64,000 nucleotides of DNA from Candidatus Omnitrophota bacterium (GTDB lineage Bacteria; Omnitrophota; Gorgyraeia; Gygaellales; Profunditerraquicolaceae): positions 21,636 through 85,635 of the forward strand of contig JAQUOD010000003.1 in assembly GCA_028717245.1 (NCBI GenBank). The letters are read 5' to 3'. Of this stretch, positions 46,439 to 55,959 are shown piece after piece. The position numbers and the translations under genes were made by a program. How positions within the stretch are numbered: the stretch's first letter is position 1; every line of letters begins with the position of its first letter. The notes under the pieces are model-generated. The model did no database searches, was not told where the DNA came from, and saw only the letters and a list, made by a program, of their open reading frames with translations.

Positions 46439-46471
46439 CTGCAGGGACAATAAATATCGGGTATCTGGTAA

Positions 46472-47176
46472 ATGGCAATCGAATCAGAAGTAAAAATCAA
46501 AGAGATAATCCAGCGGACTTATAATGTCAAGAGTTTCCGCGTAGAAACCGGCGAGGGGGTAGATTTTAAGGCAGGGCAGTTTCTGCAGGTTAACCTCAAG
46601 GCCAGGCCGGAATTAAAAAGGTACCTTTCTATTTCCAGTTCTCCGTCGGAAAAAGGATACCTTGAGTTTACCAAGAAAATTACCGAGAGTGATTTCTCCA
46701 TGGCGTTAGATACCTTAAAGCCCGGAGATGCCGTAAATATACAATACCCTTTCGGAAATTTTACCCTAAATGAGACGGGAAAAAATATCGCTTTTATTTC
46801 CGGAGGCATAGGTATTACCCCTATTAGGAGTATCTGCAAGTTCATAGTAGATAAAAGTCTTGGCATCGATATTGTGCTTGTCTATGCTAACCGTACTATC
46901 AGCGATATCGCATTCAGGGAAGATTTCCAGAAGATGCAGGAGCAATGCCCTAAGTTAAAAGTTGTCCATGTGCTCTCTGAGGCCTCGGATGAATTAATGT
47001 CGCGTTCCGGCAGAGTCAACAGCCAGGTCATTAAAGAAGAAATCCCTGACTACCCGCAAAGGAAGTTTTATCTCTGCGGCCCGCCTGCTATGGTCGAGGC
47101 CATGGAAAAAATACTCGTCGAAGAATTAACCTTACCCAAGGGAAACATTATCACGGAAAATTTTACGGGTTATTAG
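46472..47176 (+). CDS. FNR-like FAD/NAD(P)-binding oxidoreductase
   Basis: RxYS (RYLSISS) FAD motif, GGIGITP NAD motif, and C-terminal CGPP. Confidence 0.7.
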   Translation: MAIESEVKIKEIIQRTYNVKSFRVETGEGVDFKAGQFLQVNLKARPELKRYLSISSSPSEKGYLEFTKKITESDFSMALDTLKPGDAVNIQYPFGNFTLNETGKNIAFISGGIGITPIRSICKFIVDKSLGIDIVLVYANRTISDIAFREDFQKMQEQCPKLKVVHVLSEASDELMSRSGRVNSQVIKEEIPDYPQRKFYLCGPPAMVEAMEKILVEELTLPKGNIITENFTGY

Positions 47177-47187
47177 AGGAGGCCGTT

Positions 47188-48378
47188 ATGCCTAACATAA
47201 AAATATTACCGGATATTTATTCCGTAGGTGTTATAGACTGGGCAGTGCGTAATTTTCACGGGCACACCTATACCACAAAGCGAGGGACCACCTATAACGC
47301 CTATCTTATGCTGGATGATAAGGTGGCTTTAGTAGATACTGTCCTGGGTTCTTTTTCCGGGGAATTGATTGAGAATATCCGGGAGCTCGTACCTCTTGAG
47401 AAGATAGATTACATTATTGCTAATCACGTCGAGACTGACCATTCCGGGGCGCTGCCCGCTATAATGAAGCTCTGCCCGAAAGCAAAAATCTTCGGCACGC
47501 AAAAATGCAAGGAAGGGCTCTACCGGCATTATTACGGCAATTGGGATTTTCAGGCAGTTAAGAGCGGCGATAAAATAAAGCTGGGTAAAAGGACATTGGC
47601 CTTTATTGAGGCGCCGATGATCCACTGGCCGGACAGCATGTTTACCTATTGCCCCGAGGAAGAGATGTTGCTTCCTAATGACGCCTTCGGCCAGCATTAT
47701 GCCACTAGCCAGAGGTTTGATGATGAAGTAGATACTTGCGCGCTTATGGAAGAGGCAGCTAAATACTATGCGAATATCCTCTGGCCGCTAAGTTCCGTAA
47801 TCCTTAAAAAGATTGAGGAGGTCCAGAAGCTAAATATTCCCATAAAGATGATTGCCCCCAGCCACGGGATCATCTGGCGCAAAGACCCCTTAAAGATAAT
47901 TAATGCCTATTTATCCTGGGCGCGCAATGAGACGAAACCAAAGGCAGTGGTTATATATGAGACTATGTGGGGCGCAACCGAGAAGATGGCCAGGAGAATA
48001 GCCGACGGCATAACTGCTGCCGGAGTAAGCGTGAAGGTTTTTGACGTCACCTCTTCTGACCGCACCGAAATAATCAAAGAGATGCTGGATGCTAAAGGAT
48101 TCATCTTCGGTTCTTCCACGCACGATAATGATATACTCCCGAATATGGCGGGATTTTTGGAATTTTTAAAAGGGCTTAAACCAAAGGACAGGATAGCCGC
48201 CGTATTCGGCTCCTATGGCTGGGCAGGAGGGGCGGTAAAAAACATCGAGGATATTTTAAGGGAAGCGGGTATAGAATTAATAGGCTCCCCGGGTTTATCC
48301 GTGAAATATGTCCCCGACGAGAATGACATTAAGCGTTGCTATGAGTTCGGCCGTAATTTTGCCGGGAAATTAAAATAG
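47188..48378 (+). CDS. Flavodiiron protein (FprA family; metallo-beta-lactamase + flavodoxin domains)
   Basis: H.E.DH motif (NHVETDHSG) and C-terminal flavodoxin-like region. Confidence 0.8.
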   Translation: MPNIKILPDIYSVGVIDWAVRNFHGHTYTTKRGTTYNAYLMLDDKVALVDTVLGSFSGELIENIRELVPLEKIDYIIANHVETDHSGALPAIMKLCPKAKIFGTQKCKEGLYRHYYGNWDFQAVKSGDKIKLGKRTLAFIEAPMIHWPDSMFTYCPEEEMLLPNDAFGQHYATSQRFDDEVDTCALMEEAAKYYANILWPLSSVILKKIEEVQKLNIPIKMIAPSHGIIWRKDPLKIINAYLSWARNETKPKAVVIYETMWGATEKMARRIADGITAAGVSVKVFDVTSSDRTEIIKEMLDAKGFIFGSSTHDNDILPNMAGFLEFLKGLKPKDRIAAVFGSYGWAGGAVKNIEDILREAGIELIGSPGLSVKYVPDENDIKRCYEFGRNFAGKLK

Positions 48379-48405
48379 TCCGGTAACGTAAAAAAGGAGG
48401 TAAAA

Positions 48406-48843
48406 ATGGATACCTTTGTCTGCGGAAAATGCGGATATATTGCCTTTAAAGAGGCGCCGGGGAGTTGTCCGGTATGCGGTGCAAAGAAAGAGGCCTTTGA
48501 GCTTGACCCGACGGCTATCAAAAAACCCGTTGACCCCAAAAATCTTAGCGAACTGGAAAAAAAACATATCTCCGTGATTGAAATCAGGAGACAATGCGGC
48601 TTGGCCGGCCCAGGATGTGTTGACGCCAATATTAAAATAGGCCAGATACTACACCCGGCGGAAGAAGGCCACCACATTATGTATATTGATGCATACCTTG
48701 ACTATGGTTTTGCTGCCCGCTACCATTTTACCGCACAGTTAAATCCCGTTTTAGGCATACACCTTAAGTCAGCTTCGGGAAGATTACTGGTTTTGGAGAA
48801 CTGTAATCTCCATGGCCGCTGGATGAGCGAAACAGAGCTCTAA
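48406..48843 (+). CDS. Superoxide reductase / desulfoferrodoxin-like protein with N-terminal rubredoxin-like zinc ribbon
   Basis: CGKCG...CPVCG then KHISVI...HP.EE.HHI.YI iron-site motif. Confidence 0.7.
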   Translation: MDTFVCGKCGYIAFKEAPGSCPVCGAKKEAFELDPTAIKKPVDPKNLSELEKKHISVIEIRRQCGLAGPGCVDANIKIGQILHPAEEGHHIMYIDAYLDYGFAARYHFTAQLNPVLGIHLKSASGRLLVLENCNLHGRWMSETEL

Positions 48844-49367
48844 TGGCAAGATTAAACGACAGGATACTGCAATTTTTCCGGAATCAGGGTTGCGTGATAA
48901 TTTCCACTGTAGATAAGAACGGCCTGCCGCATAGTGCCTGCAAAGGGATAGTCAAAATAAATAAAAACGGCAGGGTCTATCTGCTTGACCTTTATCGCGC
49001 CAAGACCCGCGATAATTTGAGATACAATGCATACATCAGTATTACCGCGGTTGATGAACATAAATTTATGGGTTATTGCCTGAAAGGTAAGGCGGAAATG
49101 ACGCCGAGAAAGAATATACCGCCTGCGGTTATCCGGGCATGGGAGGCCAGGATTGCCGGCAGGTTGACGCAAAGGCTCTTAAAGAATATCCACGAAGAAA
49201 AGGGGCACCCCCGGCATCCGGAAGTCCTTTTACCCGAGCCTCAATATATGATTGTTGTAGAAGTAAAAGAGATCGTTGACCTTACGCCGCAACACTTAAA
49301 AAAGGAGTTTAAGCATGGGCAATATATTCGCAGCGAGCGAAATACTGGAAATAGGGATTCAGATTGA
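48843..49367 (+). CDS. Pyridoxamine 5'-phosphate oxidase-like FMN-binding protein
   Basis: Split-barrel PNPOx-like N-terminal pattern (ISTVDKNGLPH). Confidence 0.55.
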   Translation: MARLNDRILQFFRNQGCVIISTVDKNGLPHSACKGIVKINKNGRVYLLDLYRAKTRDNLRYNAYISITAVDEHKFMGYCLKGKAEMTPRKNIPPAVIRAWEARIAGRLTQRLLKNIHEEKGHPRHPEVLLPEPQYMIVVEVKEIVDLTPQHLKKEFKHGQYIRSERNTGNRDSD

Positions 49368-49791
49368 GAGAAACGGCAGGGATTTTTACGGCGTCTTAAC
49401 GGGTGAAGCGAAAAATCCAAAGTCTAGAAAAATGTTTGAGTACTTATCCGCAGAAGAGGAGAAACACGCCCTGATTTTTCAGAAGATGTTAGATGCAATA
49501 CAAAAATACGAGCCAACCGAGGCATATCCGGGGGAATATTTTGCCTATATGCGTGCCTTAGCGGCCGAAAACGTATTTACTCAGGCAGTCAAAGGTAAAG
49601 AGATGGCCGCGAAAGTAAAAAGCGATAAAGAAGCAATAAATATAGGCATAGGGGTTGAGAAGGACTCCATTATTTTCTACGAGGGGATGAAGAAGATAGT
49701 GCCTGAATACGACCAAACAATAGTAGATGAGGTAATCGCGCAGGAGAAGGACCATTTAGAAAAACTGCTGGATTTAAAAGCCAATCTTTAG
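49315..49791 (+). CDS. Rubrerythrin/ferritin-like protein
   Basis: Two E..H-containing helices (EEEKHAL; EKDHLEKL) spaced as in ferritin-like diiron proteins. Overlaps the upstream gene by 53 nt, so the start is uncertain. Confidence 0.5.
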   Translation: MGNIFAASEILEIGIQIERNGRDFYGVLTGEAKNPKSRKMFEYLSAEEEKHALIFQKMLDAIQKYEPTEAYPGEYFAYMRALAAENVFTQAVKGKEMAAKVKSDKEAINIGIGVEKDSIIFYEGMKKIVPEYDQTIVDEVIAQEKDHLEKLLDLKANL

Positions 49792-49803
49792 CCGGAGAGA
49801 AAT

Positions 49804-50040
49804 ATGGATAAAAATGTAAGAGTCTATAGTACGCCTACCTGCCCCTGGTGCATCAGGGCTAAACAGTTCCTTAAGGATAATAATATAATTTTTGAAGACA
49901 AGGATGTTTCTACGGATCATCAGGCAGCAGATGAGATGGTCCGGAAATCCGGCCAGATGGCTGTGCCGGTTTTGGATATCGGCGGTGAGATTATTGTAGG
50001 ATTCGATAAAGAGAAGATAAAGGCACTATTAGGGTTATAA
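49804..50040 (+). CDS. Glutaredoxin-like protein
   Basis: VYSTPTCPWC active site (CPWC) in a thioredoxin fold. Confidence 0.75.
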   Translation: MDKNVRVYSTPTCPWCIRAKQFLKDNNIIFEDKDVSTDHQAADEMVRKSGQMAVPVLDIGGEIIVGFDKEKIKALLGL

Positions 50041-50063
50041 TTATAAATTTTAGCGAATTAACC

Positions 50064-50966
50064 ATGTATGACTTAATTATTATCGGCGCAGGGCCGGCGG
50101 GTATTACCGCGGCCGTATATGCAGCACGTAAAAAGATGAACTTGCTGGTTATCTCCAAAGATATCGGCGGCCAGGCCGCCTTAAGCGGCGATATAGAAAA
50201 TTACACGGGTTATCAGTTTATTACCGGAGTGGATTTAGCCGCCAAGTTTGAGGAACACATGCGTAAATATGATATCACTCTTAAGGAGAACGAAGAAGTC
50301 AATGAAGCCCAAAAAAGAGGGGATTTAATCTCCGTAAAAACCAATAAAGGCGCATACGAAGCCAAAACAGTAATTATTGCTTCCGGCAAGAAATCCAGGG
50401 AATTGAATGTGCCTGGCGAAAAGGAATTCAAAAACAAGGGGCTTACTTATTGTGCCACTTGTGACGGCCCCTTATTCTCCGGGAAAGACATCGCCATTAT
50501 CGGCGGCGGAAACTCTTGTTTAGATGCGGCCTTACAGTTAATCAAGATAGCCAGGCATGTCTATATAGTCAATATTACCTCCGGATTAGGCGGGGATGCC
50601 ATTATGCGCGAGAAGGTTGAGGCAAGTAAAAATGTAACTATTTTAAATAATACCCAGGTGGCCGCTATAATAGGAGATAAGATGGTGAGTGGCATCAGAA
50701 TAAAAAGAGAAGGCAAACAGGAACAATTAGTTGTCCAGGGGGTATTTGTAGAAGTTGGCCTCATACCCAATTCTGATTTTGTCAAAGAGGTAGAAAAAAA
50801 CCAATTAGGGGAGATCGAAGTAAATTCCCGCAATGAAACCAGTATCCCCGGTATCTTAGCCGCAGGAGATGTCACTGATGTGCCGGAGAAACAGATTATT
50901 ATTGCCGCAGGAGAAGGCTCTAAGGCTGCGTTAAGCGCTTTTCGGTATTTATCCCAACGTAAATAA
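50064..50966 (+). CDS. trxB: Thioredoxin-disulfide reductase
   Basis: IIGAGPAG FAD motif, redox-active CATCDG, and second GGGNS NAD(P) motif. Confidence 0.8.
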   Translation: MYDLIIIGAGPAGITAAVYAARKKMNLLVISKDIGGQAALSGDIENYTGYQFITGVDLAAKFEEHMRKYDITLKENEEVNEAQKRGDLISVKTNKGAYEAKTVIIASGKKSRELNVPGEKEFKNKGLTYCATCDGPLFSGKDIAIIGGGNSCLDAALQLIKIARHVYIVNITSGLGGDAIMREKVEASKNVTILNNTQVAAIIGDKMVSGIRIKREGKQEQLVVQGVFVEVGLIPNSDFVKEVEKNQLGEIEVNSRNETSIPGILAAGDVTDVPEKQIIIAAGEGSKAALSAFRYLSQRK

Positions 50967-51153
50967 TTTCCCGATATCTAAAAATTGTAGAAAATGGGGC
51001 CAAAAATAAAGATTAACGCGTATAGTTTATTGGAGAAAATCAGGCAGAATGCGCCGTAAAATTATCCGGCGGCCCGGGTACATTTAAGGAAAAGATTTTT
51101 TACTATATTTTTAATCTGGATAAGAAAACGATTGATAAAATACAAAGGATAGA

Positions 51154-51801
51154 ATGTTGAGTGGCTATTACTTTATCACCGACTCAAGGTTAAGCCGCGC
51201 CGGGAATATCAGCGACGTAAAGAATGCCTTGGCCTGTGGAGTAAGGGTTGTGCAGTACAGGGATAAATATTCCAGCACAAAAGATATGTATATAGAGGCG
51301 TTAAAATTAAGGTCAATTTGCAGGAAGATAATTTTTCTGGTCAATGACCGGCTGGATATAGCTCTGGGCGTAAATGCGGACGGCTTGCATATAGGTTGCG
51401 ATGACCTGCCTTATCACGTGGCCAGAAAGCTGCTGGGGAAAGATAAGATTATCGGTCTGACCGTCCATAGTTTTAAAGAGGCAAAAGCAGCGCAAAGGCT
51501 AGGCGCAGACTACATAGGCGTATCTGCGATATTTGCCACAAGAACAAAAGGCGACGCAGGAGAGCCACTAGGCACGGGCTTGATAAGAAAGATAAGGGAA
51601 GAAGTATCTATCCCTATCATTGCCGTCGGCGGAATAAATTTATCCAATGCTAAAGAGGTAATTGAATGCGGGGCTTATGGGCTATGCGCGATATCCGCGG
51701 TCATAACAAAGCCGGACGTAAAAAAAGAAATAAAGAAGTTCCAGGCACTGTTTTTATCGTACGCCCGCAGCCACCAGGAGGGTCTTAAAAAAAATACTTG
51801 A
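51154..51801 (+). CDS. thiE: Thiamine-phosphate synthase
   Basis: YFITD...VQ.R.K and GADYIG...F.T.TK ThiE motifs. Confidence 0.8.
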   Translation: MLSGYYFITDSRLSRAGNISDVKNALACGVRVVQYRDKYSSTKDMYIEALKLRSICRKIIFLVNDRLDIALGVNADGLHIGCDDLPYHVARKLLGKDKIIGLTVHSFKEAKAAQRLGADYIGVSAIFATRTKGDAGEPLGTGLIRKIREEVSIPIIAVGGINLSNAKEVIECGAYGLCAISAVITKPDVKKEIKKFQALFLSYARSHQEGLKKNT

Positions 51802-51862
51802 CAAATATATTTTTTAAGTTATACTCTACTATTATAATAGAGATTATAGAGAAAAAGCCAAT

Positions 51863-52303
51863 ATGCATATTACTTATCGGGGCGATTACGCCTTAAAGAC
51901 CATACTGGATCTGGCGTTACATTATGAGAATAGCCCGGTGACTATTCACGAGTTAGCTATGCGGGCGGATATACCCATAAAATTCCTGGAGCAGATACTC
52001 CTGGATTTAAAAAGGGGCGGCTTCGTAGAAAGCAGGCGCGGGGCAATCGGCGGTTATCTCCTTGCCAGGGCCCCTGCGCAAATAAAGCTGGGTGAGGTCA
52101 TCAGATTCATGGACGGACAGGTTGAGCCCATTGCCTGCGTAGGTAATAATTATAAAGGGTGTACGCATATAAACAGGTGCGTCTTCAGGGGCGTGTGGCA
52201 GAAAATAGCTGAGGGCACCTCGCGTATTATTGATAATATCACCTTTGAAGACCTTTTAAAAAAAAGCAGGCGCTCCAACCCTGCTTTTATTTACCAGATT
52301 TAG
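51863..52303 (+). CDS. Rrf2-family regulator with three-Cys cluster (IscR/CymR-like)
   Basis: Rrf2 wHTH at the N-terminus; C-x8-C-x5-C (CVGNNYKGCTHINRC). Confidence 0.8.
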   Translation: MHITYRGDYALKTILDLALHYENSPVTIHELAMRADIPIKFLEQILLDLKRGGFVESRRGAIGGYLLARAPAQIKLGEVIRFMDGQVEPIACVGNNYKGCTHINRCVFRGVWQKIAEGTSRIIDNITFEDLLKKSRRSNPAFIYQI

Positions 52304-52311
52304 TTTAAAAG

Positions 52312-53235
52312 ATGAAGATAGCCAAAGACATCACAAAACTCATTGGTAATACGCCCTTGGTGCGGCTGAACAAATTAACCCGCGGTTGCCTTGCCAGTGT
52401 AGTAGCAAAATTAGAATTCTTTAACCCCTGCTCTTCGGTTAAAGACAGGATCGGCTTGAGCATGATTGAGCAGGCAGAAAAGGAAGGTATAATTAAAGAG
52501 GATACGATCATCATTGAGCCGACTTCCGGGAATACGGGCATTGCCCTGGCTTTTGTCTCGGCGGTAAAAGGATATAAATTAGTTTTAACTATGCCTGAGA
52601 CGATGAGCTTAGAGCGCCGGCAGCTTTTAGCGGCCTTTGGCGCGGAGATTATTCTGACACCCGGCAGCGAAGGGATGTCCGGCGCGGTAAGAAAAGCAGA
52701 AGAACTTGCAAAGAGCAATAAACATTATTTTATGCCGCAGCAGTTTAGGAACCCGGCTAATCCGCAGGTTCATCGTAAGACCACCGCCCTTGAAATCTGG
52801 GATGATACTGACGGGAAAATTGATATTCTCGTCGCAGGCGTAGGCACGGGTGGTACGATTACGGGCATAACCGAGGCCCTCAAAAAGAAAAAACCCGCAT
52901 TCCGCGCTATCGCGGTTGAACCGGCAGCCTCGCCGGTTTTGTCAGGCGGTAAGCCGAGTGCGCATAAGATTCAAGGTATCGGCGCGGGTTTTGTCCCGGA
53001 GGTCTTAAATACCAAGATTATTGATGAGATAATCCAGGTTTCTAATGAGGATGCCATTGAGACGGCCAGAAGACTGGCCAGGGAAGAAGGTATTTTAGCG
53101 GGTATCTCTTCGGGTGCCGCTACCTTCGCGGCGATAAATGTAGCCGGGCGTAAAGAAAATAAGGATAAGCTTATTGTAGTAATATTACCGGATACGGGCG
53201 AAAGGTATCTGAGCACGGAGTTGTTCACTAAATAA
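52312..53235 (+). CDS. cysK: Cysteine synthase A (O-acetylserine sulfhydrylase)
   Basis: [12 protein letters not shown]-lysine [20 protein letters not shown]. Confidence 0.9.
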   Translation: MKIAKDITKLIGNTPLVRLNKLTRGCLASVVAKLEFFNPCSSVKDRIGLSMIEQAEKEGIIKEDTIIIEPTSGNTGIALAFVSAVKGYKLVLTMPETMSLERRQLLAAFGAEIILTPGSEGMSGAVRKAEELAKSNKHYFMPQQFRNPANPQVHRKTTALEIWDDTDGKIDILVAGVGTGGTITGITEALKKKKPAFRAIAVEPAASPVLSGGKPSAHKIQGIGAGFVPEVLNTKIIDEIIQVSNEDAIETARRLAREEGILAGISSGAATFAAINVAGRKENKDKLIVVILPDTGERYLSTELFTK

Positions 53236-53247
53236 ACGGAGGTTTTT

Positions 53248-53469
53248 ATGAAAGAAAAAGTAGAAGAGGCCTTGAATAAAATCCGCCCTATGCTTATGGC
53301 TGACGGTGGTAACGTAGAGCTGGTAGAAGTTACGGATGACGGTATAGTAAAATTAAAACTTACCGGGACCTGCGGGTGCTGTCCGATGAGCCAGATGACT
53401 TTAAAGATGGGGATTGAAAAATTATTGAAAGAAGAAGTCCCGCAGATAAAAGAAGTCATTGCTATATAA
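53248..53469 (+). CDS. NifU-like C-terminal domain Fe-S assembly protein
   Basis: 73 aa; CGCCPMS motif. Confidence 0.7.
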   Translation: MKEKVEEALNKIRPMLMADGGNVELVEVTDDGIVKLKLTGTCGCCPMSQMTLKMGIEKLLKEEVPQIKEVIAI

Positions 53470-53495
53470 AGTCATAATGAAAGCGAGCATAAAAG

Positions 53496-54698
53496 ATGCG
53501 TACGATTAAAGAAATAAATGCCAGGATTAAAAAAGGCGTAGCGGTGGTGGTTACCGCGGAAGAAATCATTGATTTAGTCCAAAAAAAGGGCGTTAAAAAG
53601 GCAGCGCAGGAAGTAGACGTAGTAACTACCGGCACCTTTGGCCCGATGTGTTCATCAGGCGCCTATTTTAATATCGGGCATTCCAGGCCCCGCATAAAAA
53701 TAGGCGGCGGAACCTGCAGACTTAATGATGTTCCTGTTTATACGGGCTTTGCGGCAGTGGATATCTATCTGGGCGCCACCGCCATACCTGATGATGACCC
53801 GCGCAATAAAGTTTTCCCGGGTGAATTTAAATACGGCGGCGCTCATGTAATCCAGGAGATAGTAGCAGGAAAGGATATCCGCCTGGAAGCCACTGCTTAC
53901 GGTACGGATTGCTATCCGCGCAAGAAATTAGAGACCCTGGTTAATATCAAAGATTTAAATGAGGCAGTGCTGTTTAATATCCGTAATTGTTATCAGAATT
54001 ACAATGTAGCGGTAAATTTATCGGATAAGATAATCTATACCTATATGGGTGCATTGAAACCAAAATTAGGCAATGCCAATTATTGCTCAGCAGGCCAGCT
54101 CTCCCCGCTTTTAAAGGACCCCTACTATAAGACTATAGGCATTGGCACAAAGATATTCCTAGGCGGTGGGATCGGCTATGTGGCCTGGCAGGGCACCCAG
54201 CATAACCCGACGGTAAAAAGAAAAGATAATGGCATACCCCAGGCGCCCGCAGGCACGCTGGCGGTCATCGGCGATTTAAAACAGATGAGACAGGAGTTTT
54301 TAGTAGGCACGAGCATGTTGGGTTATGGCGTAACCTTGACCGTAGGCATAGGCGTTCCTATACCTGTATTGGACGAAGAAATACTCAAATACGCAGCGGC
54401 TAAAGATGAGGAAATTTATGCCCAGGTAGTAGATTATAGCCAGGCTTATCCGCAGATGGTTCCAGGAAGCCTCACGGAAGTAAATTATGCGCAGTTAAAA
54501 TCCGGTAAGATTAAGGTAGAAGGTAAAGAAATACCCACGGGTAACCTATCCAGTTATTCCAAGGCGCGCGAAATCGCCGAGGAATTAAAATCCTGGATTA
54601 AAAAAGGCGATTTCCTTCTGACTGAAAGCCAGGCAGCCTTACCCGGCGCAGAATCCGGATATACGTTTAAGCTATTAAAGGAAAGGCCGATTGTATAA
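53496..54698 (+). CDS. DUF39 (COG1900) homocysteine biosynthesis protein
   Basis: VVTTGTFGPMCSSGA block; followed by the NIL-ferredoxin partner gene as in the methanogen pathway. Confidence 0.7.
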   Translation: MRTIKEINARIKKGVAVVVTAEEIIDLVQKKGVKKAAQEVDVVTTGTFGPMCSSGAYFNIGHSRPRIKIGGGTCRLNDVPVYTGFAAVDIYLGATAIPDDDPRNKVFPGEFKYGGAHVIQEIVAGKDIRLEATAYGTDCYPRKKLETLVNIKDLNEAVLFNIRNCYQNYNVAVNLSDKIIYTYMGALKPKLGNANYCSAGQLSPLLKDPYYKTIGIGTKIFLGGGIGYVAWQGTQHNPTVKRKDNGIPQAPAGTLAVIGDLKQMRQEFLVGTSMLGYGVTLTVGIGVPIPVLDEEILKYAAAKDEEIYAQVVDYSQAYPQMVPGSLTEVNYAQLKSGKIKVEGKEIPTGNLSSYSKAREIAEELKSWIKKGDFLLTESQAALPGAESGYTFKLLKERPIV

Positions 54699-54737
54699 AG
54701 TTTAAATGTTTGATGTTGTAAATTGAAGGAGCAAAAA

Positions 54738-55145
54738 ATGATTTCTAAAAGGATAGTATTGCATTTTCCCCACCGGCTGGTAGACCAGCCGATTATCTGT
54801 AAATTAGTCAAGGATTATGACCTGCAGTTTAATATCCTCAAGGCTTATGTCACGCCCCAGGAAGAGGGTCTGATGGTCTTAGAATTAAGCGGTGAGGATG
54901 CGAAGTTTAATAAAGGGATAGAATATCTGCAGTCTAAGGGGGTGAAGATTCAGCCCCTTAGCCAGGATGTTATACGCAACGAAGCTAAATGCACTGACTG
55001 CGGCGTATGCGTGCCTATCTGTCCTACCGGCGCTCTGGCCATTGACCCCCTTACGCGCAAAGTCCATTTTTACGATAATAAATGCATTGCCTGTGAGCTT
55101 TGCGTGAAGATTTGTCCTCCCCGCGCCATGGAAGTACGCTTCTAA
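54738..55145 (+). CDS. NIL-domain 4Fe-4S ferredoxin (COG2122-like partner of DUF39)
   Basis: Two CxxCxxCxxxCP motifs (CTDCGVCVPICP, CIACELCVKICP) after a NIL-like domain; AAGGAG RBS. Confidence 0.7.
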   Translation: MISKRIVLHFPHRLVDQPIICKLVKDYDLQFNILKAYVTPQEEGLMVLELSGEDAKFNKGIEYLQSKGVKIQPLSQDVIRNEAKCTDCGVCVPICPTGALAIDPLTRKVHFYDNKCIACELCVKICPPRAMEVRF

Positions 55146-55146
55146 A

Positions 55147-55956
55147 ATGGAGTTAAAGAAAAAATTAATCCGGCTCAAGAAGATAATTTCAAATATGCAG
55201 TCAATATTGATTGCTTTCTCTGGAGGCGTAGACAGCACCCTCTTGCTTAAGGTATCCTCGACGGTATTACCGAAGGATAAGGTCCTTGCGGTTACCGCCA
55301 GTTCAGCTACGTATCCTGAAGAAGAATTATTATTTTCTAAAAGTATGGCCCAGCGCCTTGGTGTAAGGCATAAGATAATTAAGACCCGCGAATTAAAAGA
55401 CAAAAGATTTACTGCTAATCCGCTTAATCGTTGTTATTTCTGTAAAAAGGAACTCTTTAGCAGGTTAAAGGCTATGGCGAGAAAATTTAAATTAAATTTT
55501 GTAGCGGATGCCAGTAATATATCCGATAAAAAGGATTTTCGTCCGGGGAATAAGGCCAAGGAGGAACTCAGGGTGCGTTCTCCGCTTCAGGAGGCAGGTT
55601 TTAACAAAGAGGATATCCGGCAGTTGAGCAGAAGATTAGGTTTGATTACCTGGGATAAGCCGGCCTTAGCTTGTCTAGCTTCACGTATCCCCTATGGTGA
55701 AAAGATTACCCCGCGTATTTTAACACGGGTTAACACAGCGGAAGGGTTTTTAAGGCAGTCGGGTTTTAAACAGGTGAGGCTGCGGTATTACAACGGCCTT
55801 TGCCGCATAGAGATACCCAAAGAAGATATCCCCAGGCTTATGAGCCGGAGCAATTTGATAGTAGCAAAATTAAAAAGATTGGGTTATAATTATATTACTG
55901 TGGATTTAGAAGGTTACCGCACAGGCAGTATGAATGAAATTCTTAACAGAGGTTAA
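55147..55956 (+). CDS. PP-loop ATP pyrophosphatase, LarE/TIGR00268-like sulfur transferase
   Basis: SGGVDS PP-loop; conserved Cys in LACLASR. Confidence 0.65.
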   Translation: MELKKKLIRLKKIISNMQSILIAFSGGVDSTLLLKVSSTVLPKDKVLAVTASSATYPEEELLFSKSMAQRLGVRHKIIKTRELKDKRFTANPLNRCYFCKKELFSRLKAMARKFKLNFVADASNISDKKDFRPGNKAKEELRVRSPLQEAGFNKEDIRQLSRRLGLITWDKPALACLASRIPYGEKITPRILTRVNTAEGFLRQSGFKQVRLRYYNGLCRIEIPKEDIPRLMSRSNLIVAKLKRLGYNYITVDLEGYRTGSMNEILNRG

Positions 55957-55959
55957 ACT

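Noticed and set aside
50967-51153. TPP riboswitch upstream of thiE (also checked upstream of thi4 at 41381)
   Set aside because: The conserved CUGAGA and ACCUGAUCUGG..UACCAG cores are absent. The thi4 upstream spacer is only 1 nt.
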